The notes beneath the pieces were generated by a model that made no database searches, had not been told where the DNA came from, and saw only the letters and a list, made by a program, of their open reading frames with translations. A stretch of DNA of 64,000 bases from Candidatus Lindowbacteria bacterium RIFCSPLOWO2_12_FULL_62_27 (lineage in GTDB: Bacteria > Lindowbacteria > 2-12-FULL-62-27). Shown here piece after piece: positions 37,880 to 49,357 of the stretch (positions within the stretch are counted from its first letter, which is position 1; each line of letters opens with the position of its first letter). The translations under genes and the position numbers were made by a program. The stretch spans positions 263,614-327,613 of the forward strand of contig MFPR01000028.1 of NCBI GenBank assembly GCA_001784175.1, given 5' to 3'.

Positions 37880-40293
37880 CGCGTTCGGAGAAACCAGAAC
37901 GCCAGCCAGCCCAGCCCGAAAATCCCGAAGACCCAGCCCAGCTTGACTTCCCGCGGGTCGTACCAGAACACAACCTGGCTTGCGCCGGGACCGATCTCGA
38001 CGCCACGGAACAGGTAGTCGGCCCGCAGGACCGGCTGTTCAACGCCGTTCACGCTGGCCCGCCAGCCGGAGCGATACCGGTCCGTCAATACGAGCACGCC
38101 GCCCGTGCGGGTTTCCGCCGCGATTTCGATCCGGCTCGATTTGTATGAAACCGGCCGGGCGGTCGGCGTGTCGGCCTCCCAGTCCGTCCGGGAGGCAGGC
38201 CGGTCGAGGACGGCCACCGACTTCACGTCCTCTCCGAGGCGTTTCAGCGCCTCCAAGCCGGCCTCGCCGGGCGCGACGACGGTTTTTTGCGCGACGAAGA
38301 TTCTGGGCAGGCGCTTTTCGTTTTCGTACAGATAGACCGTGCTCTTCTTGTCGAAAATCAGGTCCATGTAATTGACGCTCCGGTAGACGGGGTGGTCGGT
38401 GTCGCTCATGACGAGCCGGTGGCCGGGCGTGTCCACGGGCGCTTCGGTCAGGAGGTACCGGACGCCGAGCAGATTGTAAAGCGGATGGTCGATATGCCGG
38501 ATCCCCTCGATCTGGCCGATGAGTTCCTTCCGAAACGAGGCGCCCTCGATGACTTCCAGGTAATTCATGTAAATCCGCTCGTTGATCCCCATCCCGCCGT
38601 TCACGTCCTGCCAGCCGTACTTGAGGGAGGTGTCGATGGCCCACGCGCCGGCATAGCCGTTCAGCCGCTCGATGCCGATCGTGTCATTAATATATTTGTA
38701 TATACGTGAAGTGGGGAAGTAATGCTCGAGATGGCCCGGGAAAATAAATTTCCCGTTTGCGACCCAGACGTCCAGAAAGACGAGCACCGGCAGAAGGATC
38801 ACCCCGACCCGGCCGAACCGCGCGACTGAGAAGACCCATCGGAAAAACGCCAGCATGATCAGGATCGACACGCACGCGGTCGTCACCGCGCGCAGGATGG
38901 CGGAATACACGCGCGGGATATGTCCGTAATAATACTCGATCGGGTTGGCCGGGCCCCGCGCGCGCGCATAGTAATAATCGATGATCCTGACGCCGATGGG
39001 CCGCACCTGCTCGTAGATCGGGTCGCGAAACGCCCACACCACGGCGGGCGCCGCGAGACACAGGACGGCGCAGGCCCAGAGCATCCGCCGGGCCGTCCGG
39101 CCGGCCACGAGCGGTTCGGCCGCAGCTCTCTGGCGCATCATCTCCTGCCAGCCCAGCGCCGCGAGCACGCAGATAAAGAACTCGGCCACCGGGATGATTT
39201 TGTAAGTCATCCGGAACGAGGAAAAGAGCGGCAGAATTTCTCTCAGCGCCGGAAACACCGGCGTGTAGCCGCCCATGGCGAGAAGCAGATAGACGAGGGC
39301 GAAGCCGCCGAAAAACCGGGCCACGGCCATCGCCGGCCCCACGCCGCGCGCGGCCGCCCAGAGCGCTCCGAAAACCGTGGCGACGCCGAGATACGGAAAC
39401 GCGCCCCAGATGCTGCTGACCGGACCCCAGAACGTCCCGTCAAACGGCGAGCCGAACACGTCCGGAAACAAATAGAGGAAGAGGTACAGCGGATGGAGCG
39501 CGGAGGCTTTCGAGTCATAGTCGACGTCCGCGATCACGCGCGTGCTTTCATTCAGAAGCTGCCATGCCGGCATGCTCTGAGGCAGGGCCATGAGCGCGGC
39601 GGACACGCCGTAGACGGCGAGGCCTTTCGCGGCGAACCAAAACGCCTCGCGGCGGGTCCCCGCGCCTGAGCGCATCCATGAGCGGATGAGAACGTACGGC
39701 AGGAAGGCGTTGCCGAGGAAGATCGCGTACTCGGCGAATCCTGTCAGAACAGGGAGCGCGTTGAAGAGTCCGGCGAGCGCGAACCACACAAGCCTTCGGT
39801 GTCTCAGGCCGCGTTCGATCGCCCAGAAAAACCAGGGGATCCATGTCAGCGACTGAAGGACGCACGGCAGGCCGCCGACGATCCTCATCATGACGTTCCG
39901 GCCAAGCGCAAACGCCAACCCCGCCGCCAGCGCGCAGGACCGGCCGGCGCCGAGGTCGCGCGTAAACAGATAGACGCCCATCGCCGCGAGCGACAGATGG
40001 ATCAGGTAGTCGATGAGGAAATACTGCGGCCAGGGCGCGCCGAGAAAAAACGGCCAGTTGAACGGATAGTAGACGCCGGTCATGGAATGGATCCATGGCT
40101 GGCCGGCCCATTCGGCCGTCGTCCAGTACGGAAACCCGCCTTCGAGGATCAACTGCCGGGTGTGGTAGGGAAACGCGCCGAGCGAGGAGAAATCGAAAAA
40201 CGAGAAGGGCATGAGCTGGGGACTGTCGAGGACCGGGAGAAAGAAAACCGCGAGGGCCGCGAGCAGTCCCAGGAACGGCGCCGCTTTTTTCAC
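37870..40293 (-). CDS. YfhO-family GT-C membrane protein
   Basis: FPYWT...AGQPW....GVYYP; C-terminal LVLTDRY.SGW.ASVNG....LRADYLFRGV; GTGA overlap. Confidence 0.8.
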   Translation of the reverse strand: MKKAAPFLGLLAALAVFFLPVLDSPQLMPFSFFDFSSLGAFPYHTRQLILEGGFPYWTTAEWAGQPWIHSMTGVYYPFNWPFFLGAPWPQYFLIDYLIHLSLAAMGVYLFTRDLGAGRSCALAAGLAFALGRNVMMRIVGGLPCVLQSLTWIPWFFWAIERGLRHRRLVWFALAGLFNALPVLTGFAEYAIFLGNAFLPYVLIRSWMRSGAGTRREAFWFAAKGLAVYGVSAALMALPQSMPAWQLLNESTRVIADVDYDSKASALHPLYLFLYLFPDVFGSPFDGTFWGPVSSIWGAFPYLGVATVFGALWAAARGVGPAMAVARFFGGFALVYLLLAMGGYTPVFPALREILPLFSSFRMTYKIIPVAEFFICVLAALGWQEMMRQRAAAEPLVAGRTARRMLWACAVLCLAAPAVVWAFRDPIYEQVRPIGVRIIDYYYARARGPANPIEYYYGHIPRVYSAILRAVTTACVSILIMLAFFRWVFSVARFGRVGVILLPVLVFLDVWVANGKFIFPGHLEHYFPTSRIYKYINDTIGIERLNGYAGAWAIDTSLKYGWQDVNGGMGINERIYMNYLEVIEGASFRKELIGQIEGIRHIDHPLYNLLGVRYLLTEAPVDTPGHRLVMSDTDHPVYRSVNYMDLIFDKKSTVYLYENEKRLPRIFVAQKTVVAPGEAGLEALKRLGEDVKSVAVLDRPASRTDWEADTPTARPVSYKSSRIEIAAETRTGGVLVLTDRYRSGWRASVNGVEQPVLRADYLFRGVEIGPGASQVVFWYDPREVKLGWVFGIFGLGWLAFWFLRTRWT

Positions 40294-41276
40294 GACTGGT
40301 CCAGCCCGACGATTTTGCCGGCCTTCTGACCGACGGCCAGATCGTAGATTTTTTTTGCCAGCGCGATGTCCAGGATGGCGACGCCGGTCGAATCGAACAG
40401 CGTGACCTCCGAATCGGCGGTCCGGCCCGGTTTTTTTCCGGCCACGATCTCGCCCAGCGTCGCGTGGATCCGGTCCGGCCGGTAGAGGCCCTTTGCAATC
40501 GGCACGTTGATCTCGCCGCTGTGGGCTGCCTGCTCGCGGCTGTCCACCACGACCTTCGCGCGCGACAGGATCGCCGGCGGGAGTTCCTGTTTGCCGGGCG
40601 CATCGGCGCCGATGGCGTTGACGTGCGAGCCGGGTCGGAAGGCCTCCGCGCCGCAGACAGGCCCTTGGCCGGGTGTGGTGGTGACCACGATCGGCTCGCC
40701 GGCCGGTTCCTGCGCGGCTGCGGCCACGGTGGCGCCGGATATCCCAAGCTGCCGGGCGTACTCGCAAAAACCCTCGGCCTTTTTCCGGTCGATGTCATAC
40801 ACCTGGATGGAGCGGATCGGCCTAACGCGCATGAGGAACTTGAGCTGCTGGCGCGCCTGCGTGCCGCCGCCGATGAATCCGGCGCGTTCGGCGTTCGGCG
40901 GCGCGAGGAGTTTCGCGGCGAGCGCGCCGGCCGCCCCGGTGCGGATGGCGGTGAGCGCGCTGCCGGCGATAATCGCGAGGGGTTGGCCGTTCTGCGGATC
41001 GTTGAGGATGACCAAGGCCATCACGGTCGGCAGTCCCGCCTTTGGATTCTCCGGATGGGAATTGACGACCTTGACGCCCGCGGCGTTGAGGCTCGGCAGA
41101 TACGCCGGCATGGTTCGCAGATCGCCGTGATATTCCGAAAAGGTCAGATAGCTTTTCTCAGGCATCTGCACCTGTCCAAGCCCGTCCAGCCGGAACGCCT
41201 CTTCGACGGCCGACATGACGAGGCCTTCTTCGGCGAGCCGCCCGACCTCGGATTCGGCCAGAATCAAGACCTGCAT
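40290..41276 (-). CDS. Ornithine cyclodeaminase/mu-crystallin family, archaeal-type alanine dehydrogenase-like
   Basis: GDLRTMPAY, GVKVVNSHPEN, TAIRTGAA, NAIGADAPGKQE, FDSTG. Confidence 0.85.
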   Translation of the reverse strand: MQVLILAESEVGRLAEEGLVMSAVEEAFRLDGLGQVQMPEKSYLTFSEYHGDLRTMPAYLPSLNAAGVKVVNSHPENPKAGLPTVMALVILNDPQNGQPLAIIAGSALTAIRTGAAGALAAKLLAPPNAERAGFIGGGTQARQQLKFLMRVRPIRSIQVYDIDRKKAEGFCEYARQLGISGATVAAAAQEPAGEPIVVTTTPGQGPVCGAEAFRPGSHVNAIGADAPGKQELPPAILSRAKVVVDSREQAAHSGEINVPIAKGLYRPDRIHATLGEIVAGKKPGRTADSEVTLFDSTGVAILDIALAKKIYDLAVGQKAGKIVGLDQS

Positions 41277-41297
41277 GATTCGTTGCTCAAATGAAAA

Positions 41298-41678
41298 TCA
41301 GACTTCGCCAATGCAGACCGCGTCCAGTTCGATCCGCACCCCCTTGGGAAGGGCGGCCGCCTGGAGGACGCTCCGCGCGGGTTTGTGCGTGCCAAAAAAC
41401 GTTTCATAGAGTTGATTGAACTTCGGGAAATCGCCCAAGTCCGTCAAATACACGGTCGTCTTGATGACATCCTTCAGCGAAAACCCCGCGGACTCGACGA
41501 TGCCGCGCAGATTTTCGAGCACGCGCGCTCCCTGGTCCTCGATGGTCTTGCCGACCACTTCGGAGGTCCTGGGATCCAGCGGGATCTGCCCGGAAATGTA
41601 AAGGTGCCCGCCCCGGAGAAGCGCCTGACTGTAGGGCCCCACCGGTTTTGGCGCGCGATCTGTCGTGATGACTTCCAT
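41298..41678 (-). CDS. ridA: RidA enamine deaminase
   Basis: APKPVGPYSQA, SGQIP, PARS...LPKG..IE. Confidence 0.9.
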   Translation of the reverse strand: MEVITTDRAPKPVGPYSQALLRGGHLYISGQIPLDPRTSEVVGKTIEDQGARVLENLRGIVESAGFSLKDVIKTTVYLTDLGDFPKFNQLYETFFGTHKPARSVLQAAALPKGVRIELDAVCIGEV

Positions 41679-41775
41679 CGGCGAAGAGGCTAACAGCGCG
41701 GCCATGGGCCGTCAACGGACGCGCCGCGTCTCTGCACTTTACAATCCCGGCCAATTTGAACTACTATCCGTCGCC

Positions 41776-42945
41776 ATGGATACGACAAAATCCTCGGACA
41801 TCCGGATCTGTTCGAGATGCGTGATGGATTCGAACATCCGGACGATCCGGTTCGACGATCAGGGGATCTGCAATTACTGCAAGCTCCACGACGAACTCGA
41901 GAAGGAATTTCCTCTGGACGAGCGAGGCCGGAAGGAATTGGACGGCATCATCGAGCGCATCAAGGCGGAGGGCGCCGGCCGGGAGTATGACTGCATCGTG
42001 GGCATCAGCGGAGGCCGCGACAGCACCTACACCCTGTATCTGGCCAAAAAACAGTGGGGACTGCGCCCGCTGGCAGTCCATTTCAACGACGGCTGGGGCA
42101 ACCCTGTCAGCGGCGCCAACATGAAACGCGTGACCGAGCAGTTGGGCGTCAAGATGCTGACCGTGTCGTCGGACTGGCGTGAATCGAAAGACCTCAAGAT
42201 CGCCTGTCTCCAGGCCTCCGTGCCGGAAATGGATCTCGGCACCGACATCGGATACACGGCGGCTCTCTATTCGGTGGCCGCCGCCAAGAACGTCAAAAAC
42301 ATCGTGTTCGGCCATTCATTCCGGGCCGAGGGGATCGCGCCGCTCTACTGGAATTTTCAGGAGGGCAATTATCTGAAAGAAATTCACAGGCGATTCGGTT
42401 CGCATCCGCTCAGGCCCTGGAAGGCAACGGATGCCGGATTTAACTTTCAGATGCGGCATATTTTCTATTACACGGTCATTCGCCGGATCAGATTCATCCC
42501 GGTCCTCAACTACCTCAAGTACAACCGGAATGAACTCGGCGAGTTCCTCACCAAGGAACTCGGCTGGCAGGACACGGTCGCGCGATATTTCGATGACCTC
42601 TACCACGGGTTCATGAGCAAGGTCCTCAGGGAAAAATTCAGCATCGATCTGCGGAAGCTCTCCTACGCCGCCCTTGTGCGCACGGGATACATGACACGGC
42701 AGGAGGCGCTGGACAAATTGAAGGAAATCCAGATTTCCGAGCGGCCGGATATCATCAACCTGTGCATCGACCGGCTCGGTGTCACCCAGGCACAATTGGA
42801 CGAATGGCTGAGCCGGCCGGTCAAAACGTTCAAGGATTATTCCAAGGTATACCGGTGGATGATCCTGTTGAAATGGCCCGCCTGGCTGTTCAGCCGGGTC
42901 CATCTGATCCCGGGGCATGCATACGCCAAATTTTATAAAGCTTGA
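41776..42945 (+). CDS. N-acetyl sugar amidotransferase (WbpG-like)
   Basis: CSRCVMD...GICNYC, YDCIVGISGGRDS PP-loop. Confidence 0.85.
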   Translation: MDTTKSSDIRICSRCVMDSNIRTIRFDDQGICNYCKLHDELEKEFPLDERGRKELDGIIERIKAEGAGREYDCIVGISGGRDSTYTLYLAKKQWGLRPLAVHFNDGWGNPVSGANMKRVTEQLGVKMLTVSSDWRESKDLKIACLQASVPEMDLGTDIGYTAALYSVAAAKNVKNIVFGHSFRAEGIAPLYWNFQEGNYLKEIHRRFGSHPLRPWKATDAGFNFQMRHIFYYTVIRRIRFIPVLNYLKYNRNELGEFLTKELGWQDTVARYFDDLYHGFMSKVLREKFSIDLRKLSYAALVRTGYMTRQEALDKLKEIQISERPDIINLCIDRLGVTQAQLDEWLSRPVKTFKDYSKVYRWMILLKWPAWLFSRVHLIPGHAYAKFYKA

Positions 42946-42989
42946 CCCCGCATTGACTTTTTGCTGACTTTTAGTTTTTCTTCCACCCC

Positions 42990-45463
<2,474 letters not shown>

Positions 45464-45467
<4 letters not shown>

Positions 45468-45946
45468 GGCTCGGGCCCGTCCTGTTTGAACAGCCGCAAA
45501 ATGTCCTTCCCCTTCTGATTGACAAATTTTGAAATGGCGGAATGGATCGCGCCGTCGACGCTGTTGCCGACGCCCAACACCGGCAATCCCGTGTCGACCT
45601 CCAAGGATTCCCGGCGCTCAATCACCGCAATCTTGTTTTCACCCATAAATCGGATGAGAGATGATTTGAGGGACTCATAGCGCTCTGCCGGCTCGACGCC
45701 ATCGTCCACGATAAAAACAGACCCCTCATGCGACGCGTCCCAGATGCCCGCAACCGTTTTGCCGCGAAGTTCCTTGTTTTTTTCGCGCGCCTCCTCAATT
45801 TCGCTCCGAGGCAGGGACACCAGCACGTGTGACTGCCAGACTTATCCCACGGTCTTGCTTCCGGACTGTTTGGCGAATTTTTCCGTATACCAGTCGATGG
45901 CCATCATCCCGGCCAGAAACGCTCCGGACCTTAAAACGTGGATAAG
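45464..45946 (-). pseudogene. Degraded LPP20-like protein remnant
   Basis: Protein-like frame continues upstream through a TAA at 45842-44 (DWYTEKF...VG*VWQSHVLVSLP). Confidence 0.45.
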
Positions 45947-46179
45947 TTAGCAGCCGAAGTTTGGCGAGGGGCAAATTTCGTCGACGGTGTTCAAATCAGA
46001 GAGCAAGAAAGGATCGCCGCTTGATCATGCGATCCACAACATTTGACAATATCTCGGTCGCCTCCGACACGACCCAATTTTGTTGCGGTCTTTTATTGAA
46101 CACACTGGACTTCCTTTCCCGGAATGGGAGCAGTGAAATTAAAAACACTGGAGTCAATAAGCACAAACAGGTCCAAATT

Positions 46180-46473
46180 CTATCTGGTTTTCCAGTAATC
46201 CGGATCGCGGCGCAGGTGCATGACGGCCATGACAATGACTTGGCGTGGTTTGTCTCTGAATAGGATGCCAAAGGGAAATGTCTTCGTGAGGCATCGGCGG
46301 ACGTCAATGTCTACGACAGGATATATTCGAGGATTGAGGAGGACACGATTGATGGTGTCCTGAACGGAAGCAAGAAAACGGTGACCGAGTCCCTCCTGCT
46401 GTGCCTCATAATACGCCGCCGCCGCCGCAATCATCTCGGCCGCCGCGTCAGGATGGAATTTGACCCTCTTCAC
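46180..46473 (-). CDS. RelE/ParE-family toxin
   Basis: FHPDAAAEM...YYE.Q..GLG..F, FPFGILF, AVMHLRRDPDYW. Confidence 0.85.
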   Translation of the reverse strand: MKRVKFHPDAAAEMIAAAAAYYEAQQEGLGHRFLASVQDTINRVLLNPRIYPVVDIDVRRCLTKTFPFGILFRDKPRQVIVMAVMHLRRDPDYWKTR

Positions 46474-46700
46474 GCAATAGCCGCACGTGCCCTGGCAAAA
46501 ACGGTGTTGGCATCGCGAAGTCTGACCATCCCCCGATCCAGTTGCGCGCAACGCCGGCGGATTTCCCGTTTCCACTTGGCTGATAATCTCGGAGACGTCG
46601 GCGCATCAAGACTCTCAATCAGTTTCTCCGCGACAAACGCCCGCAATGCCGGCGGAAGTTCCAGCGCCTCCGACACAACTTTCTCTGCTGTGCTTTTCAT
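46470..46700 (-). CDS. Addiction module antitoxin (TIGR02574-like)
   Basis: ALELP...RA..AEKLIESLD....W..EIRRR; leaderless promoter TTGATA-N16-TATAAT. Confidence 0.85.
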   Translation of the reverse strand: MKSTAEKVVSEALELPPALRAFVAEKLIESLDAPTSPRLSAKWKREIRRRCAQLDRGMVRLRDANTVFARARAAIA

Positions 46701-46799
46701 GCCACCATTATACTGATTTCGAACCGGATATCAACGGCGGCGGTCGCATGTTCATTCAATAAGTCTATAAGTCTATGTCCGGCACCCAAGGCCGGAAAT

Positions 46800-46832
46800 T
46801 TGACAGAAATACAGATATATGGAAATCTGTAT
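46800..46832 (+). promoter_or_regulatory. vapBC promoter with operator palindrome
   Basis: TTGACA at 46800 and inverted repeat ATACAGAT-N8-ATCTGTAT. Confidence 0.6.
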
Positions 46833-46834
46833 AC

Positions 46835-47095
46835 ATGAAAACCACCTTACAGTTGCCGGACGGGCTCTACCGGAGTCTCAAGGTGACGGCGGCGTCCGAG
46901 GGGCGGACGTTGACGGAGTTGATCCAGGAGTGTCTGAAGAAGGGGCTGGCCCTGATGCGGTCGACTTCAAAACGAAAACATGCGCCCTATCGCCTTCCGG
47001 TTATTCGCAGTAAACGGCCCGGCGCGTTAAATCTGACATCGGAGATGATGGACGCCCTTCTGTGGGACGATCCGGCCGGCGTGAAGCGCAGATGA
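46835..47095 (+). CDS. vapB: VapB-like RHH antitoxin
   Basis: MKTTLQLPD.LY..LK..AA.EGRTL..LI. Confidence 0.85.
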   Translation: MKTTLQLPDGLYRSLKVTAASEGRTLTELIQECLKKGLALMRSTSKRKHAPYRLPVIRSKRPGALNLTSEMMDALLWDDPAGVKRR

Positions 47096-47523
47096 ATTTG
47101 CCGGACGCCAATGTCCTTCTGGCGATGTGCGCCGAGCGCCACGCCCACCATTCCGTTGCGGTGGAATGGCATCGTCTGGCGGCGGTTCGGGGAGAAGGGT
47201 GGGGCATGTGCCGGCTCACGACCTTGGCGCTTCTTCGAATGCTGACCAACCCGGCGATCATGGGTACCGATGTCCAGTCATCGGCGGCGGCCTGGAAATG
47301 CCTGGAGCAATTGGAGTCGGACCCGCTGTACCGTTTTCTTGAGGAGCCGGCCGGCTGTTGGCCGCTCTTTCAAAATCTGACGCGCACCGTGAAGGAGGGC
47401 CACCGCCATTGGACGGACGCCTATCTCGCCGCCCTCGCCGAATCCGCCGGCTGCCGTATCGTGACCTTCGACCGGAATTTCAGCGCCTGGCCCGGCGTGA
47501 CGTCTACGATTCTCAAGCCTTGA
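47092..47523 (+). CDS. vapC: VapC PIN-domain toxin
   Basis: LPDANVLLA, LRMLTNP, WTDAYLAALA, VTFD. Confidence 0.9.
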   Translation: MNLPDANVLLAMCAERHAHHSVAVEWHRLAAVRGEGWGMCRLTTLALLRMLTNPAIMGTDVQSSAAAWKCLEQLESDPLYRFLEEPAGCWPLFQNLTRTVKEGHRHWTDAYLAALAESAGCRIVTFDRNFSAWPGVTSTILKP

Positions 47524-47535
47524 TTTATTTGTCCG

Positions 47536-48594
47536 CTATTCCGACCGGATCAGCGCCAGCATCAAAATAAAGTAGATCGTCATCAGTGCCAGGCCGATCG
47601 GCGCGGCGAACCTTGCCCATGCGCCGCTCTTGATGTCGAGTTTCGCCGCGCAGATGATGTTCGGGATATTGCCGGGGATCAGCATGCCGCCGGCGATCAG
47701 GAGGCCCATCAGCAGAAACTCGATGCGCGCCAGACTCATCTTCGGCGAGATTTCCGCCGCCGCCAGCGTTGCGTTGTCGAGTACGGCTGACACGCTGTTC
47801 ACCCAGTAGAGGGCGGATTTGGGCATCTCGATCAAGTAGCGGTCGGCGAACGGCTGGAAGCCGCTGCCGAGCAGGACGAGCGCCGCCACGAACACGTAGA
47901 CTTTCGCGGTCCGGCTCAGGACGTCGACCCATGTTTCCGGGCGGTCCTCTTCCAAGCCGCTCTCTGAGCTGCTGCCGGCCCGCCGGACGGCCCACACCGC
48001 CATCACGCCCAGCGACAGGATCCCGCCGATGACCCACGGCCACAGCATCCGGAACAGAAAAAAGAAACCGGCATGATGGGGTTCGCCCGACAGCTTCGCG
48101 GTCGCGATCGTCGACAGCGGCTCGCCGATCGGCGTGAGGGCCGCACCGAGGCCGATCGAATAGCAGGAGAGGATGACGACGCGCCGTTCCCGGTCCTTGT
48201 CCCACTGCAGGCCCGAGATGATCTCCGCCAGCGTGAGCGCCGCCATGATGGCGGTGATCACGCTCGACAGAAGGCCGAGGCCGACCACCAGCGCAAAAAC
48301 GAACCCGGCCGGGCCAAGCCGCCGCACCCATTGATTCACATGGTCATGGATGGCCGCGCGGGTGAGCCGGAAGATAATCCCGAAAACGAAAACGGCCGCC
48401 GTGATCTTGAGCGGCTCCGTCAGCGCCTCTCCAATCAGATGCCGGCTCCAGAGGCCGCTGATCGTCACGGCCGCCGTGCCCATGACGAGCAAAAACGCCT
48501 CCAGCTCCTCCTCGATCCGGCGGACCGTGAACGGCAGGACCAGGACGAGCGACATGACGGCGCCAAGGCCGATCAGCACATGGATGTGTTCCAT
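47536..48594 (-). CDS. DUF1646-family putative cation transporter
   Basis: LPF...IEEELEAFL..MG, GAALTPIGEPLSTI, DNATLAAAE, GGMLIPGNIPNII. Confidence 0.8.
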   Translation of the reverse strand: MEHIHVLIGLGAVMSLVLVLPFTVRRIEEELEAFLLVMGTAAVTISGLWSRHLIGEALTEPLKITAAVFVFGIIFRLTRAAIHDHVNQWVRRLGPAGFVFALVVGLGLLSSVITAIMAALTLAEIISGLQWDKDRERRVVILSCYSIGLGAALTPIGEPLSTIATAKLSGEPHHAGFFFLFRMLWPWVIGGILSLGVMAVWAVRRAGSSSESGLEEDRPETWVDVLSRTAKVYVFVAALVLLGSGFQPFADRYLIEMPKSALYWVNSVSAVLDNATLAAAEISPKMSLARIEFLLMGLLIAGGMLIPGNIPNIICAAKLDIKSGAWARFAAPIGLALMTIYFILMLALIRSE

Positions 48595-48625
48595 TCTTTG
48601 GCCCCCCGTGGCCGGATTGGTTCGG

Positions 48626-48970
48626 TTACTTGGTCTGTTCGGCTGGAATGTCGGGCAGGGCGAAGGGCACGGACTTGCGAAGGCGCGTCATGTAAATGAG
48701 GCCGCCGCCCGGCCGGTCGATGTTCGCGGTTTCGTGCATGAGATCAAAGAGTTCTTCGGATTCCTCGCCCTTCACGGTCACCGTCACGATTTCCTTCTCC
48801 ACTTGTTCGGGTGATCCGCTCTTGCCGGTGGGATCGCCATAATCCGAACCCCGCGAGAAGCAAAGGTTGGTCGTGGTCACGCCCCGCTTGTGGATGGCCT
48901 CCAGAAGCGGCAAGCCGGCGCCTTTCGGCAGGATGCAGGTAATGAGTTTGCTGCCGGAATCCGCCTGCAT
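48626..48970 (-). CDS. PII-like protein
   Basis: LITCILPKG...EKEIV....IDRPGGGLIY. Confidence 0.75.
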   Translation of the reverse strand: MQADSGSKLITCILPKGAGLPLLEAIHKRGVTTTNLCFSRGSDYGDPTGKSGSPEQVEKEIVTVTVKGEESEELFDLMHETANIDRPGGGLIYMTRLRKSVPFALPDIPAEQTK

Positions 48971-48985
48971 GGTCGAATGCCTCCC

Positions 48986-49357
48986 CTACGCCTTGTGCGC
49001 CTTGGAAAGTTTTTCGATCAGGAACTGCGGGATGTAGGTCGCCGCCTTTTCAAGCTCGGTCATATAGATGAATCCCATGCCGGGCGTGTCGAGATTTCCC
49101 GCGAGAAACATCGCCTCGAAAATCCGGTCGGCGTCGTCCGAGCCCACGACGATGTTGATGATTTCCTTTTCCGCCTCCACCGCCACGCCGAGGATTCCAA
49201 GCCGCTCCCGAATGCCCGTGCCGCGCGCGAAAAACACCGTCGCGGCCTGCGCCCCGGCCTCCGTCGCCGCCTTCACGATCTTGTCCGCCACCCCGCGCTG
49301 GACGATGCACGTGATCAGCGTCACGTCGGTCAGCACGGTAATCTGTCGCTTGGTCAT
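48986..49357 (-). CDS. PII-like protein
   Basis: LITCIVQRG.AD....AGA..AT..FARGTG...EKEII...LDTPGMGFIY. Confidence 0.85.
   Translation of the reverse strand: MTKRQITVLTDVTLITCIVQRGVADKIVKAATEAGAQAATVFFARGTGIRERLGILGVAVEAEKEIINIVVGSDDADRIFEAMFLAGNLDTPGMGFIYMTELEKAATYIPQFLIEKLSKAHKA

Noticed and set aside
46759..46776. Short ATAAGTCT tandem repeat
   Set aside because: Only two units, too weak to interpret.
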